A stretch of DNA of 64,000 bases, taken from assembly GCF_009914755.1 (NCBI RefSeq), contig NC_060928.1. One strand, 5' to 3'. This DNA is from the human T2T-CHM13v2.0 reference genome, Homo sapiens. The notes under the pieces were generated by a model, which was not told the origin of the DNA, ran no database searches, and worked only from the letters and a program-made list of their open reading frames with translations. Shown here piece by piece: positions 25,860-43,989 of the stretch. The stretch's first letter is position 1; each line of letters starts with the position of its first letter. The translations under genes and the position numbers were made by a program.

Positions 25860-28000
25860 TACTTAAACTTAGTTTGAACCACAATACTGTGTTACAACCT
25901 TTTTTATTATCTTTGACTGTTCACTGCATTCCCGCTTCAAATCTTCTCCAGTGCCACAAAACAGAACCTCTCTCACTCACTAATTATTTCACCTGCCAAT
26001 TGACTGAGAAAATCAAGATCATCAAATATAAGCGAGTGCCTTTGGTCTTCTCTGCTCCACCTACCACTCCTGTTCCCACTCCAGCACACATCTTGCCTCA
26101 CTCTTTATGACGTCCTCTTGGTTTAGGAGAAAGGGTCCTCACATATAGGTCTCAAGCCTCTTATCTGTGTATTGGATCTCATCATTTTCTCCTTCCTCTG
26201 GAAGAAGCCTGGTCTCTCCTACATCTTGAATCTGCCCCTCGCTACTTGCTTCTCCTCCCTTCTGACAGGCAACCAAGTGAGTGTCCCTCAGTATTAGAAA
26301 GTGCTTCTCAGCAGTCCTACCCTCTGGTGCTGCAGAGCTATTTCCCTCTTCCTTCCCCACTTACAGACTTCCCCCAAATCTATCTCTGCTGCCTCCACTT
26401 CCTCATAAATTACTTATTCCTCCATCCCATGCCAATGGACTTCGACCTTTACCACTTTTCCAAAACTGCTTTTAGGGTCTTTTGACCACTAAATCCAAAT
26501 GCCTTTTCTTAGATCCTCTCCTACTCTTGACTTTTCTGAAACACTCACCTTCAGTTTTCTGAAAGTCTTTGGTTCTCTGTGATCTTTCTTGGGAATTCAC
26601 CAAACCTTCTTGATCAACATTCGCCTTTGATTTCATCTGTCTTTCCTCCTCGTTTAGCCCTGCCTCCAAGCCCAACACCATTCAATACACGCATTCAATA
26701 AATTGGGCGCTGCAATTACACCTCTGGGGGCTGGATCCTGACTTCACCCCTGACAGGCAGTGCAAACTTGGGCAGGTTGTTTAAAAGCTCTGAGGCTGCT
26801 CTGAGGAATAAATGAGGCCATGCATGTAAAATATATAGAATAGTGCCTGGCAAATAGTTAAGTGCTCAATAATTATTAGTATTATCAACCCAATCAAACA
26901 TTCAAGACTTCATATTATCTGATCTCCAAATTTCTCTTCCTCCTGGCCCTTCTTGATAATGATGTAATTATTCCCTTTGTGAATCAGATTTAAACCATGA
27001 GTCATCTTTACTCCTCCCTCTCCTCTCCTACCCTCAACCAAATCTATTGATTGACCTGTCATGTTTCTTTAATCAATCTGCCTAGGTTATCTGTACTCTT
27101 AGGATAACGTTCAAAATATTCTTTCTGCCACCATAGCACACATTCCACTATTAGTCAACATCCTACCATGCTTGCGATTTGGTAACTCATTTTTGTACTC
27201 AAAAACTTCAATAGCTCCCAACTACCTCTTACATGAACCCCAATCCTTTTAATGTGATGATTAGAACATTCCACCTATTAACCCCAATTTGCCTCTCCAG
27301 TTCAGTTGCTTAAACCTCCCCTGAGGAAACAACTCCAGATATGCCTGGGTCACTATTTTCAAATCTGCCCTGAACTTTTCTATCCTAAATATTTGCTCAT
27401 GCTGTTCCCTCTGTCTGGAATATTTTCCCATTTCATTCCCTTCAGGAAAAATCCTACCTATACTTTAGGTCTAGGCTAATTGAAAGAAATGTTTTTTTGT
27501 TTGTTTGTTTTTGAGACAGGGTCTCTCTCTGTTGTCCAGGCTGGAGTGTAATGGCAGGCACCATCACAACTCACTGCAGCCTTTACCTCCTGGGCTCAAG
27601 TGTGCCTCCCACCTCAGCCTCCTGAGTAGCTGAGACCACAGGCGCATGCTAAAATGCCTGGATAATTTATTTTTTGTAGAGATGAGGTTCTTACTATGTT
27701 GCCCAGGCTGGTCTTGAACTCCTGGGCTCAAGCAGTCTTCTCACCTTGGCCTCTCAAAGTGTTGGGATTACAGATGTGAGCCACTATGTTTGGCCAAAGA
27801 AATCTCTTGACCTTTTAAAGTCATACAGCCCTTTGTATCGATGATGATTTTTATCTTTTTTTCCTGTACAGTTTTATTATTATTTGAATCTGCTGTATAT
27901 ATTATCTTCCTTTTGGAATGAAAATTTTCCACAACAGGAACTGTATCTTTCCTGCAGCCCTGACACAGAACACTCAATAAGTGCAGAATGAATTAATGGA
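25860..28000 (+). mobile_element. Fragmented L2 interrupted by a MIR (~26720-26885) and an AluJ
   Basis: C/T-rich L2-like blocks (ccaaaactgct...actaaatccaaatgcc; tttgctcatgctgttccctctgtctggaat) and an L2 tail (actcaataagtgcagaatgaattaatg). Confidence 0.55.
27492..27795 (-). mobile_element. AluJ
   Basis: Reverse Alu, aaagaaat on both flanks. Confidence 0.88.
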
Positions 28001-28602
28001 TACATCAATTACTCTTCTATAGATTCTGAAGTATAGCTCCTTTTATTAGATTTAAACTTATCAAGCAATATTCTACCCACTTTTTAACACTTTCTACTGT
28101 AGGGCTACACATAAGATAAACTGGATGCCACATGTAGGTTCAAATGAAAAATAATACTAACAAATAACTGGCTTAAGGAATAAACTACCTGGGTTATATA
28201 TTGATGTGCAATCACAGATGTGCTAAAAGTAAGATTCTATCCAAAACTTCTGAAATCTTTTAAGCATTCTACATTATCCAGTTTCTCCTAGGTTGTCAAT
28301 TTCCTTTTACACGTTTTAGCTGGCTTGCAGATTTCTAATTTTCTTACATAACTTCTTCAGCAAATTCCAAGTGTTTGGCAATATCTGCATTTGCTCTTGT
28401 CCTATCAAGAGCAACAAAAACCATGTGGCTGTGTTTCTTTTAATTTCAACATCAAGTGAAAACAACCAAAGAACCAAGAACATTTCTTGGCCACAGTAAT
28501 GTATTTTCAGATATTGTTTTAAAATCAGATAGGTTTATTTCCTAAGATATAATGATATATTAAAATAGTTTATTTCTTACAAGTTTGATAAGAAGGTCCT
28601 TC

Positions 28603-28790
28603 TAGCCTAAGCAACATAGTGAGATCTCATCCCTACAAAAAAGAAAATTAGCAGGGTATGGTGGTATGTGCCTGTGATCTCAGCTTCTTGGGAGGCTGAG
28701 GTGGGAGGACTGCTTCAGCCCAGGAAGCTGAAGCTGCAGTGAGCCATGATTGTGCCACTGCACTCCAGCCTAGGTGACAGAGTGAGTCTC
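28603..28790 (+). mobile_element. 5'-truncated AluJ (mainly right arm)
   Basis: agcctaagcaacatagtgaga...gctgcagtgagccatgattgtgccactgcactccagcc. Confidence 0.82.
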
Positions 28791-31024
28791 AGGCAAGAGT
28801 TCTTCCTCATATTCTTGTCAATCTTTGTAAAACACACTAAGGAGCAATGCCCTCCAAAAGATACATGGTATTTATAAATTGTAAGGACTAAATCTAACAT
28901 GAGTTATTTAGAATCATGAAGCCAAGATTTTTAGTGCATATACAATTTAGATATTCTGGTGTTGTTATACAAGCTCTTGAGTAAACTAGTTTTCCAGCAA
29001 ACTGTGTTAAAACACTAGTGGATTTCTGGGCTTACAGGACAATATCATCATCATTACCAATAACAGCAAAATGTCAATAAAAAAGGGAGAAGAAACCAGA
29101 GGAGTGCGTGTAGGTAAAGCAGCAAGTATTTATTGTGAATTTATGCTGAGCTCATTTTAACAGATGTGGAAATGAAGAAGTCAATTAATGTGAATGCTCA
29201 GCTAGTAAGTGGCTGACATGGAGCCAGTATCTAAATGCCAGTGTCCATACCTTTTCCACCATTCAATAGCCCCTCAAGATAATAAAGTATTATCCTTACT
29301 GATATACATATTATTAGTTGGATATGGGAAATAAAGAATCCTTTCTTCTCACCTGAGGTTTATATTTATATGTGTGTGTGCGCATATATATATTCAATAA
29401 TGGCTACACAGTCTTACATAATGGCTGTCTGAACACTGAGGCATACACTGGACCATAACAAACTTCTTCTGCTACTGAGTGGCAGGAGACAGTTGAAGTG
29501 GGGGAAGGATGTGGTGCAGGTGGGGTGTTAGAGGAAAGAGGAAGGTGCAAAGAAAAAACAGATGGAAAATCAAGTTTTAAATTGTATTCTTGATTGTATT
29601 CCTCTTTAAAAAACTAATGTATGGAAATAACAGGTGGTATGTGAGTTGTTTTATGTAAGGAAGCTCAAGTATTTCTTAAGGAATAATTACAAAACCATAT
29701 AAAAAGCTTGTTTTAGAAAGCAAACAGTGATACTCAAGCTGAGGCTAATAGGAATAATGGATTTCTAGTTAGGTACTACTATTTTCTTGAGTAACAGTGA
29801 AATAAATATGCTTGCATTACTGAAGGCCAAAATAAAAACAATAAAATCATCATAATTTAATGTGTTTCCTCATTTATTTATTAGATTTATCCAGTCTATA
29901 TAAGATTGCAAAAGAAAAATATCCCATAGAGATAGAAATTATATCATTGTTTTTCCAAAGATGCCCCTCTTTAATTCTGATGATGTATCTTGCTTTTAAA
30001 AGTGATACGGGCTTACTTCATTAAAATCTATCTGAGTAGGCTTGCTGGACTCCCAAATGGCTCACAGTGTTCATTCATTTGGATTCTAAAATCTTGTCAA
30101 GCTGTCAGTGAAGAGGGGAGGGAAGAGCTGCTAAGAGAGGTGGGGTTTAAAGGCCTCCACAGCTGGAAGTACATGATTCAGGGTTCCCTTCTTCACCAAC
30201 GAACTGGCTCCAACATTTCAAACACAGAAAATAAGATTCAAAACATTCCCCAAAAAGATTAAGTACTGATTTCAAATCAAAAGACAAGCAGTTATTCATG
30301 GTACATGAAGTAGCAAAGTTGTATAGAAATTCATGTGGATGCTTTTTTTTTTTTAAGTGAATTTCTTGTAAGAACTGAGGGACTATAAAATTATCCATAA
30401 AAAGTGGTTAAAAATAAAATTTTCGAGACAACTTATGTAATTGTTCCTCAACTTTCTGGGACAGGGAAAAATCCACAGTTTTGCCAGATGGACTTTCAGT
30501 TAGTGATTATTGCCAATAAATAAGTGCTTCAAGCACATTTTCCTGGAATGGGACTCTCTGGGCATGACTTTCTCCAAATCTCCCGTGGGAGTCCGGATAA
30601 TAGTGTTTCTGTTCTCATAAAATAAGTCATGTCCCACACAACAGCTGCTACCACACCTGAGATCAGCTGCCTTAAATTGTCCCCTTGAACTTTCACCTTG
30701 TTAAATGATATTTCCTGACAGCGGAGAAGCAGGCTTTAGCAGGGCTTCCTTAGAGACATGTCAAAATTATTTAGTGTGATATGGTAACTGACTGGCTGAT
30801 TCTATGTCTATAAAACATAAAATAAACTCGTCATATTCCTGAGACATGAAATACCAAGCGCAAGCATAAAAATCTCTTAATGTCAATATACTGGCTGGTA
30901 AATAATTTGCTTTAACACCAAGTGAAGTGTTTTTATTTGAATTGACCCTGTAAATAAATAAGTGAAAATATATTTAAAATAAAAATAAGGGGAAGTAATA
31001 ATTATTTGGGTTATCAAGAATAAG

Positions 31025-32735
31025 TCCAGGAATATAGCTAACAAGAGAAATGAAGGACCTCTTCAAGGAGAAGTACAAACCACTGCTCAAAGAAATCAGA
31101 AAGGACACAAACAAATGGAAAAACATCTCATGTTCATGGATAGGAAGAATCAGTATCGTGAAAATGGCCACACTGCCCAAAATAATTTATAGATTCAATA
31201 CTATTCTCATTAAACTAACACTGACATTCTTCACAGAATTAGAATTTTTTTTTTAAATTCATATGGAACCAAAGAAGACCCCAAATAGCCAAGACGATCT
31301 CAAGCAAAAAGAACAAAGCTGGAAGTATCACACTACCTGAGTTTATACTACAAGGCTGCAGTGACCAAAACAGCATGGTACTGGTACAAAAACAGACAAA
31401 TAGACCAATGGAACAGAATAGAGAACTCAGAAATAACATTGCACACCTAAAACCGTCTGATCTTCAATAAACCTGACAAAAGCAAGCAATGGGGAAAGGA
31501 CTCCCTATTTAATAAATGGTGCTGGGAGAACTGGCTAGCCATATGCAGAAAACTGAAACTGGACCCCTTCCTTATACCTTATACTAAAATTAACTCAAGA
31601 TGGATTAAATATTTAAATGTAAAACCCAAAACTATAAAATCCCTAGAAGAAAATCTTGGCAATACCATTCAGGACATAGGCATGGGCGAAGATTTCATGA
31701 TGAAAACACCAAAAGCAATTGCAACAAAAGCAAAAATTGACAAATGGGATCTAATTAAACTAAAGAGCTTCTGCACAGCAAAAGAAACTATCATCAGAGT
31801 GAACAGACAACCTACAGAATAGGAGAATATTTTTGCAATCTATCCAATTGACAAAGGTCTAATATTGAGTCTACGAGGAACTTAAACAAATTTACAAGAA
31901 AAAAACCAACCCCATTAAAAAGTGGGCAAGGACATGAACAGACACTACTCAAAAGAAGATGTTTATGTGGCCAACAAACATGAAAAAAAGCTCAACAGCA
32001 CTCATCATTAGAGAAATGCAAATCAAAACCACAATGAGATACCATCTCATGCCAGTCAGAATAGTGATTATTAAAAAGTCAAGAAACAACAGAGGCTGGC
32101 AAGGTTAAGGAGAAAAAGGAACACTTTTACACTGTTGGTGGAAATGTAAACTAGTTCAACCATTGTGGAAGACAGTGTGGTGATTCCTCAAAGATCTAGA
32201 ACAGAAATACCATTTGACTCAGCAATCCCATTAGTGGGTATATACACCCCAAAATATAAATCATTCTATTATAAAGATACATGCACATGTATGTTCACCA
32301 CAGCACTATTCACAATAGCAAAGACATGGAATGAACCCAAATGCCCATCAATGATAGACTGGATAAAGAAAATGTGGTATACACACTCCATGGAATGCTA
32401 TGCAGTCGTAAAAAGGAACAAGATCATGTCGTTTTTAGGCACATGGATGGAGCCAGAAGCCATTATCCATAGAAAACTAATGCAGAAACAGAAAATCAAA
32501 TACCAAATGTTCTCACGTATAAGTGGGAGCTGAACGAAGAGAACACATGGACACTGGGAGCAGAACAACATACACTGGGGCCTGTTGGAGGGAGGGAGTG
32601 CATCAGGAAAAACAGCTAATGCACACGGGGCTTAATATGTAGGTGATGGGTTGACAGGTGCTGCAAACCACCATGGCATACGTTTACCTATATAAACCTG
32701 CACACCCTGCACATGTACCCGGAACTTAAAAAACA
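31025..32735 (+). mobile_element. 5'-truncated older primate L1 (L1PA-type), ORF2 3' part plus 3' UTR, antisense to FAM13A
   Basis: Fragments translate to L1 ORF2-like peptides ([33 protein letters not shown]; EIPFDSAIPLVGIY...CPSMIDWIKKMWY) with stops and frameshifts; ends cctgcacatgtacccggaacttaaa. Confidence 0.93.
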
Positions 32736-32962
32736 AATAAGTAATGAATAGCACCTCAGTGAGTTAAAGCCTTCTGCCTTATTTTGTTCATTAAACATTT
32801 TCTTTTGAAAAATCAAAGTATTAAAAAAAGAATAGGTCCTATTTAAAAAACTACAGTATTAGTCCTTAAAGTGTCAAACTCTGACTGCATTTTAGATGAT
32901 CTGATTTAAAAACAAAAATAAAAATGAAACAAAATATTTAAAAATTCCACATAAAAATCCAA

Positions 32963-33570
<608 letters not shown>

Positions 33571-34764
33571 AAAAAAAAAAAAAAATCCATTTCAGAAAAT
33601 TAGACTCAGTGCATCAAATAATTGTTTGTATGTTTATATTATCTTTTCTTAGTGTCATTCATGTATAGAGCATTATTAGAATTTGAAACCAAAAATCTTT
33701 TTTTCCTCATTGAATTTTGGTGAGGAAATATGTAAGTGGAAAAAATAAAATTTCAAATTAATTAGGAAATAAGCTAGACATACATTAATGAAGCAAGCCA
33801 ATAAAACTAGTGAATCCCCAAAAAAGCACTGAAATTAACTCACTATTTAAATAAAGAAAATGCATTGTACTAAGCATTTCACTATGCATATCAAAACATC
33901 ATATTTTACACTCTAAATATATACAATAAAAATACTAAGTAGAAAAAAATGCATTAAAAACAAATGATAATTCCACAATAATTCTCCAAAATACTACTTT
34001 AAGAAGACAACTTTAAAACAAATCAATCCAATTTTAAAACTTTAAAAACAGTCTAGTGAAATAATTTTAACAACTGTAAATACCTCTGGAAATAATATCA
34101 TCCTAGACTTCAAATCACTGTCTACAAAACAAATAGTACAGAATTTGGCCAAACCAAGTGATACCTGAATGAATACTTTGTTAATAAAAGTTTAAATGAA
34201 ATACTATTATCTCTCTCTTCCTTCCCTGTCCATTAGTCTATTACCACCACTGTTCTCTTCCATTCCCCTTCACCCTCCCTTTCCCGCATTTAAATTTGTA
34301 TTAACCTCTGCATTACAGCTTTTTTTTTCCTAGTGAATTTTACTTATTTTGGTCTTGTTCACCTTAAATTCAGATTGTACAGAATTGATCTCCCCAAATA
34401 CTGCTTTAATCATGTCACAAAGCTTTGATTGCTTTTCATAGCCTACAATGTAAAATCTAAATTCCACACATGCTCAGCAGGCCTGGTATTCTCCTCCTCT
34501 ACAGACACATACATGGACTGGGGGCCCAGCTGAATGAACCACTTTGCCCCCTATCGTGCCCTGCTTTCCCATCACTAGTTTTTGTTTAGGTCTTTCTCCT
34601 AGCCTGGAATATCCTCCCTAGCTCATACCCATCCATCAAAACAAAACTCATCCTTTCTCAGCTTCTCATGCCTATTCTGATTTGTCCATTCAGTGGATTT
34701 TCTCCTCCTGAATGACTGAAGTCACAATTGCAAGTCACAAAGCAGCTCAGTTGTCACTCTACAT

Positions 34765-35286
34765 CAGTGGTCCTCAACCTTTTTGCCACCAGGGACTGGT
34801 TTAATGGAGGACAACTTTTCCACAGACTAGGGGGTGGGTAGTTTCAGGATGATTCAAGTGATTACATTTATTGTGCAGTTTATTTCTATTATTATTGCAT
34901 TGTAATATATAGTGAAATAATTATACAATTCATCATAATGTAAAATCAGTGGGAGCCCTGAGTTTGTTATCCTGCAACTAGATTGTCCCATCTGGGGGAG
35001 ATGGGAGACAGTGACAGATCATCAGGCATTAGATTCTCACAAGGAACGTGCAACCTAGATCCCTTGCATGTGTAGTTCCCAATAGGATTTGCATTCCTAT
35101 TAGAATTTAATGCAGCTGTTGGTCTGACAGGAGGCAGAGCTCAAGCAGTAGTGCTAGTGATGGGGAGAGGCTGTAAATAAAGATGAGGCTTCACTCACTC
35201 ACCTGCTGCTCACCTCCTAGTGTGGCCTGGTTCTTAATAGGCCATGGACCTGTACCAGTCCATGGCCTGGGGGTTGGGGACCCCTG
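34765..35286 (+). mobile_element. MER1A hAT-Charlie MITE, near full length
   Basis: TIRs cagtggtcctcaacc...ggttggggacccctg; 8-bp TSD ctctacat/ctctatat. Confidence 0.88.
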
Positions 35287-36007
35287 CTCTATATAATTTC
35301 TCTGAAACATGACAATTAACACTTCCTCCTTGAAGCATCTGTCATCCATCCTTGACTTAAAACAAATTTTTTTTGCATTATAAATTATACAGTATATGTT
35401 CATTCTAGAAAAAATTTAAAAATATAGACAAGATTAAAGTTAAACACAATCCCATTGCTTCCATATCCAGTGTTTAACAAAATTCTATATTCTTTCATTG
35501 TAAAAAAATTCATACATAAAAGATAGGACAATGTGAATGTACTTAATACTACTGAACTGCATACTTAAAATGATTAAAATGGTAAATTTTATGTTATATA
35601 TACATTACCACAATAAAAAAGATTATGCAATATGTATTGTTTTGTAACACTATTTTTCATTTAGTAGTCAGTAATACATTTCTATGACATTTCTAGTCCT
35701 TAAAAGTATTTTTAGTGGTTATACTGCATAGCAGAAATTCTCAAATTATGGCCCAAGTACCCTTGGAGGTTCTTGAGACTCTCTTGGGAGGATCTGCAAG
35801 GTATAAAAATTGTCATAGTAATACTAAGATGTCATCTACTTTTTTCACTCTGATTCATTTATGAATGTACAGTCAAGCTTTCTAAAATATGGCAACAGAT
35901 TTAATGCAGAAGCAGATATGAGAATCCAGCTGTCTTCTATTAATATTAAGCCAGTTGTTAGAACTTGGCAAAAATGGAAAACAATGAGATCTTCTCACTC
36001 TTTTTCA

Positions 36008-36334
<327 letters not shown>

Positions 36335-36354
36335 TTATGTTAAAATGATGATTA

Positions 36355-36655
<301 letters not shown>

Positions 36656-36795
36656 AAAATGATTATTTTTAAATAGTGATAAATACATATTAAAACTGTT
36701 TATTTTTCAGTTATATCTATATGTCAATAGATACAGCCCATATAAATGAAATTTCTTTGTGTTCTCAGTAACGTTTAAGAATATAGTCAGCCTTT

Positions 36796-37112
<317 letters not shown>

Positions 37113-37251
37113 AAAATTATGTTAAAATGATTATTTTTAAACAGTGATAAATACATATTAAAAGTCTTCCTTTTTCAGTTATATTTATATGTCAATAGAT
37201 ATAGCCCACATAAATGAAATTTCTTTGTGTTCTCAGTAACATTTAAGAATA

Positions 37252-37568
37252 TAGTTGGCCTTTTGTGTCCATGGGTTCCACATCTATGGATTCAACCAAC
37301 CTAAGATCAATAATATTTGGGAAAAAAAATGCTTCTTTATTGAACATGCACAGACTTTCTTTTCTTGTCATTATTCCCTAAACAATATAACTCTTTAAAT
37401 AGCATTTACATTGTATTAGGTATTATAAGTAATCTAGAGATGATTTAAAGTATACAGGAAGATGTGCATAGGTTATATGCAAATATGTCATTTATATCAG
37501 GGACTTAAGTTGTCCATGAATTTCGGTACCCAAGGGAGGTCCTGAAACCTAATCCCCCAGGGATATAC
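37252..37568 (-). mobile_element. MER2 (TcMar-Tigger MITE)
   Basis: atggattcaaccaacc...cttgtcattattccctaaacaata...aagtaatctagagatgatttaaagtatacaggaagatgtgcataggttatatgcaaat. Confidence 0.82.
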
Positions 37569-37818
37569 CTACGTATAACAATATACCAAAAGGGCTTGAA
37601 ACAAAAGTTTTGAAGACTGCTATTGTGCAGCAAAATATAATTTGTAACAGCTTATTTTATGACTCCATATTATTAAGCACTGAATATGGAAAAGAAGTGC
37701 TAAAATAAAAGTGCCATGAACAAAAATCTTGAAGCTCTATCTTTCAGCACATTGAGAATGATATCTGTAGAATAATTTCCTAGGATAATTAATGAGTGTA
37801 AAAGAAAATACACATTTT

Positions 37819-38191
<373 letters not shown>

Positions 38192-38935
38192 TTATTTCCT
38201 TCTATGCTCATAAACATTGGAAGATGCAGCTCCTTATAGTTGCAGATTAAATTTCTCTGATTATTAGTGAGATTACACTTACTTCTACTATTGTGAATTT
38301 CCTGTTCACAGCATTTTTTCATTTTTCCCTTCTTTGTGTTTTTTTCATTGTTTTACTTGTGCTCTCTCTATATAAAGAATATTAAATGTTCTCTCTATAT
38401 AATGCAAATACTCTTATCATCATGTTATTTATTTTGTTCCTGGGCTTTTGTTTTATTTTTGACATTCAGAATTCTAAAAATGTTATACTGTGAAACCTCT
38501 TTTTTTAACTCTACACTTAGAAACTCCTTTCCAGCTCCATTATAACATATATACCCATATTGTCTTCCAATACTTTTGCTATTTTATTTTTATGTTTAAA
38601 TATGTAATCCACCTGGTATGGGTTATAGATCTAACAGCAATTATTTATAAAATAGCCTGTTAGCTATTCCAGATTTATAAAAATAAAAGCCAAACCTTAT
38701 TTTTAAAAATAAAGCACACATCTATTTATTCATTCAACAAGTACTCTTTAAGGCAATAGAGTGTATAGAGGAGCAAATAAAATTGAAGTTCCTGCCTTTA
38801 CGGAGCTTACAATCTCATGGAATAGACAGTCAATAGACAAAGGAAAAATATGTAAATTAGGGGTGTAAATTAGGAATTCTATTGTGTGTAGATTGAATGT
38901 GAGATGCTTGTTAAATATTGAAGTGGACTTGTTCA

Positions 38936-39217
<282 letters not shown>

Positions 39218-39239
39218 TTAAGTAGCTGGTCTTGCCAAC

Positions 39240-40050
39240 TGGATATAACTACCTGGAATATAATGAAGAGGCTAGAGCTAGAAGTATAATTTTTGGAGGC
39301 TTATGAGTAAAGATAGCGTTTAAAATCACAGAACTGAATGAAAGCACCCAGGAATGAGTATAGGTTGAGAGGACGTCAGAGGACTGAGATTTGGGTTCTC
39401 TAAATTTGAGAAGTCTCGAAAAGAAGAAAGCTTATACAAAAGAGACTAAGAAAAGATATCCAGGAAGGCCAGAGGAAAACCAGGAGACTGTAATGTTACA
39501 TTAAGCAAAGTGAAGAAAGTGCTTCAAAAAGGAGTGATCAGTTGGGTCAAATAGTGCTGAGAGATAGAGTAAGATGAGAACAGTAGACTGACCTTTGGAT
39601 TTGCCATGATAGAGGCTGTTGTTCTTAACAAGAACACATTAAGTGGTGTGTGGATTGAAGAATGAGAGGAAAGGATATAAAGACAGCAAGTACATACAAT
39701 CCTTTATCAGAGATTTGCTCCAACGGAGAAGAGGAATATGGTTTCTAGAGAGGGATTACAAAAATGTTGAGAGCTATTTATTGCATATTTCTTTGCTGAT
39801 GGGACTCATCTAGAAAAAATGGGGAAAGTGATGATATAAAGGATGGAGGTAGCCTCCAACATAGCCCTTGAGCGAGAGGGGATGAGACTCAGAGTACACA
39901 TACAAGAATACATGTACGTGACTCTAGAGAGGTGCGGGTTCAGCTCATCCACTGTAATGGGAGAGAAGGCAGAGTATAAGGATGCAGATGTGAATATGTT
40001 GGCAGATTTGGGAGGTAGGAGGATAAGAGCAGTCTTTCCTGATTGCTGCT
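39240..40050 (-). mobile_element. Degenerate L2
   Basis: Purine-rich reverse L2 blocks (tcaaatagtgctgagagatagagtaagatgagaac...tttggattt). Confidence 0.55.
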
Positions 40051-40204
40051 TGAAAAAAAATAGAAACCTCTGGACTGTGCTATTATATTTTGTAGATCTA
40101 AACCATGCTCATATCTCTATTGAATTGAAAGTTAATGTTCTCAGAAAATGAAGGTGGGAGGGAGAAGAGTGAGAATCCTAAATTAGTTTTTTGAAAAATT
40201 AGGT

Positions 40205-41545
<1,341 letters not shown>

Positions 41546-43989
41546 GAGTTAGAGGGAATTTCATAGACAAGAAGAAATTTAAACTGACTATTGACAAAGT
41601 GGGAGAAGGACACTCCAGATAAAAGGGAAAATGTTAGCAGAGATACGGAACTGTGAAACTACTGGGAAACATTTGAAATAATGTGGTTGTAATGTAGCTC
41701 AGATATAGAATGAAGAACCACAGAAGCGTAAACCAGGAAGGCAGGCTTAGCCAGATTTTTAAAGACCTTTGAAGACCTTGAACTTAATTCAACAAATCCT
41801 CTTTGCTTTTACATCACTTCTATTGTGCTGCTTTTAAACATCTTTCTATTATATATTATTGTTAATCACATATAAGTTTGTCAAATTAATGGACTGGTAG
41901 ACATCTAACAATACACTCCACACCTTAGTTATGTCTGGCCCCTCAGGGCCCAGCGCATATGTGCAGTACATAGATTGTGCCCAATAACAATCTGTTAACT
42001 TTGAATTACTAAAATAAATTCAGCTAAGATCACAGGAGTCCAGATATACTCTGTTGATCTAAATGCCACTAGAAATTATCTGAAGATATGACAATACATT
42101 TCTTTACCATTACTTATCTACCATTTCATCAACTACTCATACTGTAAACAGAATTAGAAAAAAAATTTAATTGAAGTTTGGATTCCAGTAAAATGTCAAA
42201 ATTCAAGTAGTCATAGCAATTGTATTGAAGGGCAGATTTTTGTGAATGAGTAAAGAACAATTTGTTCTTTAATAATCAAAATACTGAGAGAAATATCGGA
42301 GACTTTCATTTGGAAAGGAGACTGAAATTAAGCCTAGAAAATATTTTACATAGATATTTCACTTATATGAAATAGTTTATCTAAGGCCTTGGGATATTTT
42401 TTCATGGGAGCTAGTGGCGGTCAAGAATAAATTACAAAATGGTCTGCATGCAAAGATAGAGTTAGATATTTCTTCTAATCCAGTTTGAGAGGTTGGGGCC
42501 CTTTTCGAGTCTACCTTTCAATACGTCTTTCTTATGAAAGCCAGAGAGTGGAAACATCTCAGGAAATGGCAGTTCTGCAGGGGAATTGCATGCTGAAGCG
42601 CACGCTGTGCTTGTCACAAGGCAGCCTGAGACACTCCCTCATTCATATGGGTGCTACTTTAGCTGCCCCCGCAGTCGGCTATGATATTTGGTAATTTTTC
42701 AAATTATATTGTACACGTGATTATAAATCTTGTATCTAAGAATCCTTGCTTCATTTCAGCTTCAGTAGTCAATTAAAAAATTCTGAAACTTGGCTCCAAG
42801 TAGCAGAGAGTGAAACACTGTAAGGGAACAAACACATGTTCAGGAAGTAATTGGAGTGCCCTTTATGAAGTGCAAACACAGGATAGTTATGACTGCATTT
42901 TTGCTGGCTGGACTTCAGAAATGAAGTCAGTCATATTTAATTGCAGATTAGATACCTTGAAGGGCAATGGTTACAGTTAATGTTGTTGAACACTGATTCA
43001 TGATTAATATTGCTGAAAGTCTGATTCTCATGAAATGCACTATTGTAAGACAATATTAAATTATAAAGTGTTCTTTGACAAGTGTCACAAGGCACAAACT
43101 TTCTGCCACAAGTGCAGAGAGCTGCAGAGAAATGTTACGAGCCTTGTAAAACAATGAATTTCTCCCAGAGAGATGGACAGACATGCAACAAGATGGACAG
43201 CGACGATGTGGGGACAATGAGAGCGCACGGCTGTCCTGGCTTCTGTAGTATCTCTAAGGGTGGGCAGTACAGGGTTCCCTTGGGTCAGTACTTTCCAAGG
43301 ACCTGAAGAGAGAAAACTGACACATTAAAAAATTATACTATTTTAGAGTCAGACTTCAATCTCTAACCTAGGTCTAGGTCAGCTAGATGAAGAAAGGTCA
43401 GTGTTCTCATCTGACGGTGGAATTCAAATTCAAATTGGGCACATGTAACAATATCACAATAGCAACTACGGCAGCAGCAACTGAGTACATGCCCCCTCAG
43501 TACTAGCGTGGACACAAAAGAGACCTTAGACACAGTCTCTCTTCTTCAGAAACTCATAATCAGGTTGGAAAGAAAATATAAACACATACTTTTTATGTGG
43601 GAAAGGAACTCAAGGTAGAAGTCAGGTAGGAAATAATAGTGAAATAATCACAGCCTGAAACTGTATTTAATCTCAGCCTGATTCTATAATAACTACATGA
43701 TCTTGGATAATTCACCTAACTCAATAAATGTCTGTGAAATGAACAACCTTTTCAGAATCATGGGTTCTTCATCCAAGGTCATTTTGCAGATCTGACATTA
43801 TTATTACAGGGCTGCCTGACAGAAGTGTGATATAGCCAAAAAATGTTATACATAGCATTATTATAATTTGTAAAGCAAATATCAAGACAAAATATGACAC
43901 GTGATCGGATCATGAAGAGACTATCTGGAACCAAGATAGTCCTGGAAAGTGTGGGTTCTCTGATGGCTCTAGGTATGAGGAAAAGACAA

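Noticed and set aside
31025-32735. Functional L1 or L1-derived gene
   Set aside because: 5'-truncated with multiple stops and frameshifts.
42524-42700. Possible extra first exon (ATG TTT CCA...AAA G|gtagac, MFPLSGFHKKDVLK)
   Set aside because: The phase-1 donor is incompatible with the phase-2 acceptor at 4406 and would stop within that exon; the phase-2 frame has a TAA. The block could still be regulatory.
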